Below the pieces are notes generated by a model, which was not told where the DNA came from, searched no databases, and worked only from the letters and a program-made list of their open reading frames with translations. The position numbers and the translations under genes are program-made. Below are positions 63,905 through 64,000 of a stretch of 64,000 nt of DNA, one piece after another; within the stretch, counting starts at the first letter, position 1; every line of letters begins with the position of its first letter. The DNA is from Gemmatimonas sp. (GTDB lineage: Bacteria > Gemmatimonadota > Gemmatimonadetes > Gemmatimonadales > Gemmatimonadaceae): contig OZ257156.1 in the NCBI GenBank assembly GCA_965279375.1, positions 3,872,001 to 3,936,000 of the forward strand, in the 5' to 3' direction.

Positions 63905-64000
63905 AGCGGAAGGTTTCCGTGCTTCTTGGGCGGATTGCGGTCACGCTTGCCGCGCAGCGTGTCCAGTGCATCGATCAACCGCGGACGTGTGTCGCGCGGA
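63901..64000 (-). CDS. pccB: C-terminus of acyl-CoA carboxylase beta (carboxyltransferase) subunit, partial
   Basis: Manual translation PRDTRPRLIDALDTLRGKRDRNPPKKHGNLPL*, the typical PccB C-terminus. Confidence 0.8.
   Translation of the reverse strand, partial: PRDTRPRLIDALDTLRGKRDRNPPKKHGNLPL

Overview
This is a high-GC bacterial chromosome segment. Gene content and protein style fit Gemmatimonadota (Gemmatimonas-like), which is an inference. It is almost entirely core genome. From left to right: a HEAT-repeat protein (partial), trpB/trpF/trpC, a divergent lexA, trpD and a GAF protein. Next comes a long + strand operon: truA, a transaldolase-like gene, htrA, purB, purC, a psd-like remnant, pssA, purS/Q/L/F and ppdK. 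This is followed by a two-glycosyltransferase accessory patch at the 3' end of tmRNA (ssrA, tag ANNNLALAA), then dusB/ptsN. The mostly minus-strand remainder holds MATE, an amidohydrolase, guaA, lysA, proS, hisS, folC, accD, rodA/mrdA/mreDCB, ald, an M16 peptidase, pnp and rpsO. After a + strand Ser/Thr kinase come the rplM-rpsI-rpsB-tsf-pyrH-frr-uppS-cdsA-dxr-rseP superoperon, mscL, and an acyl-CoA carboxylase cluster with an embedded RlmD-family methyltransferase. I saw no CRISPR array, transposase, integrase, rRNA or tRNA. The most interesting signals are small. (1) A candidate direct-repeat LexA operator (TTCGG-N6-TTCGG) occurs twice over the lexA promoter and again at 15/16 identity upstream of accD. 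(2) A transaldolase homolog has lost its catalytic residues but is translationally coupled to htrA. (3) A 62-aa Psd N-terminal remnant is still coupled to pssA. (4) Several genes are apparently leaderless. I found no large novel multi-gene system.
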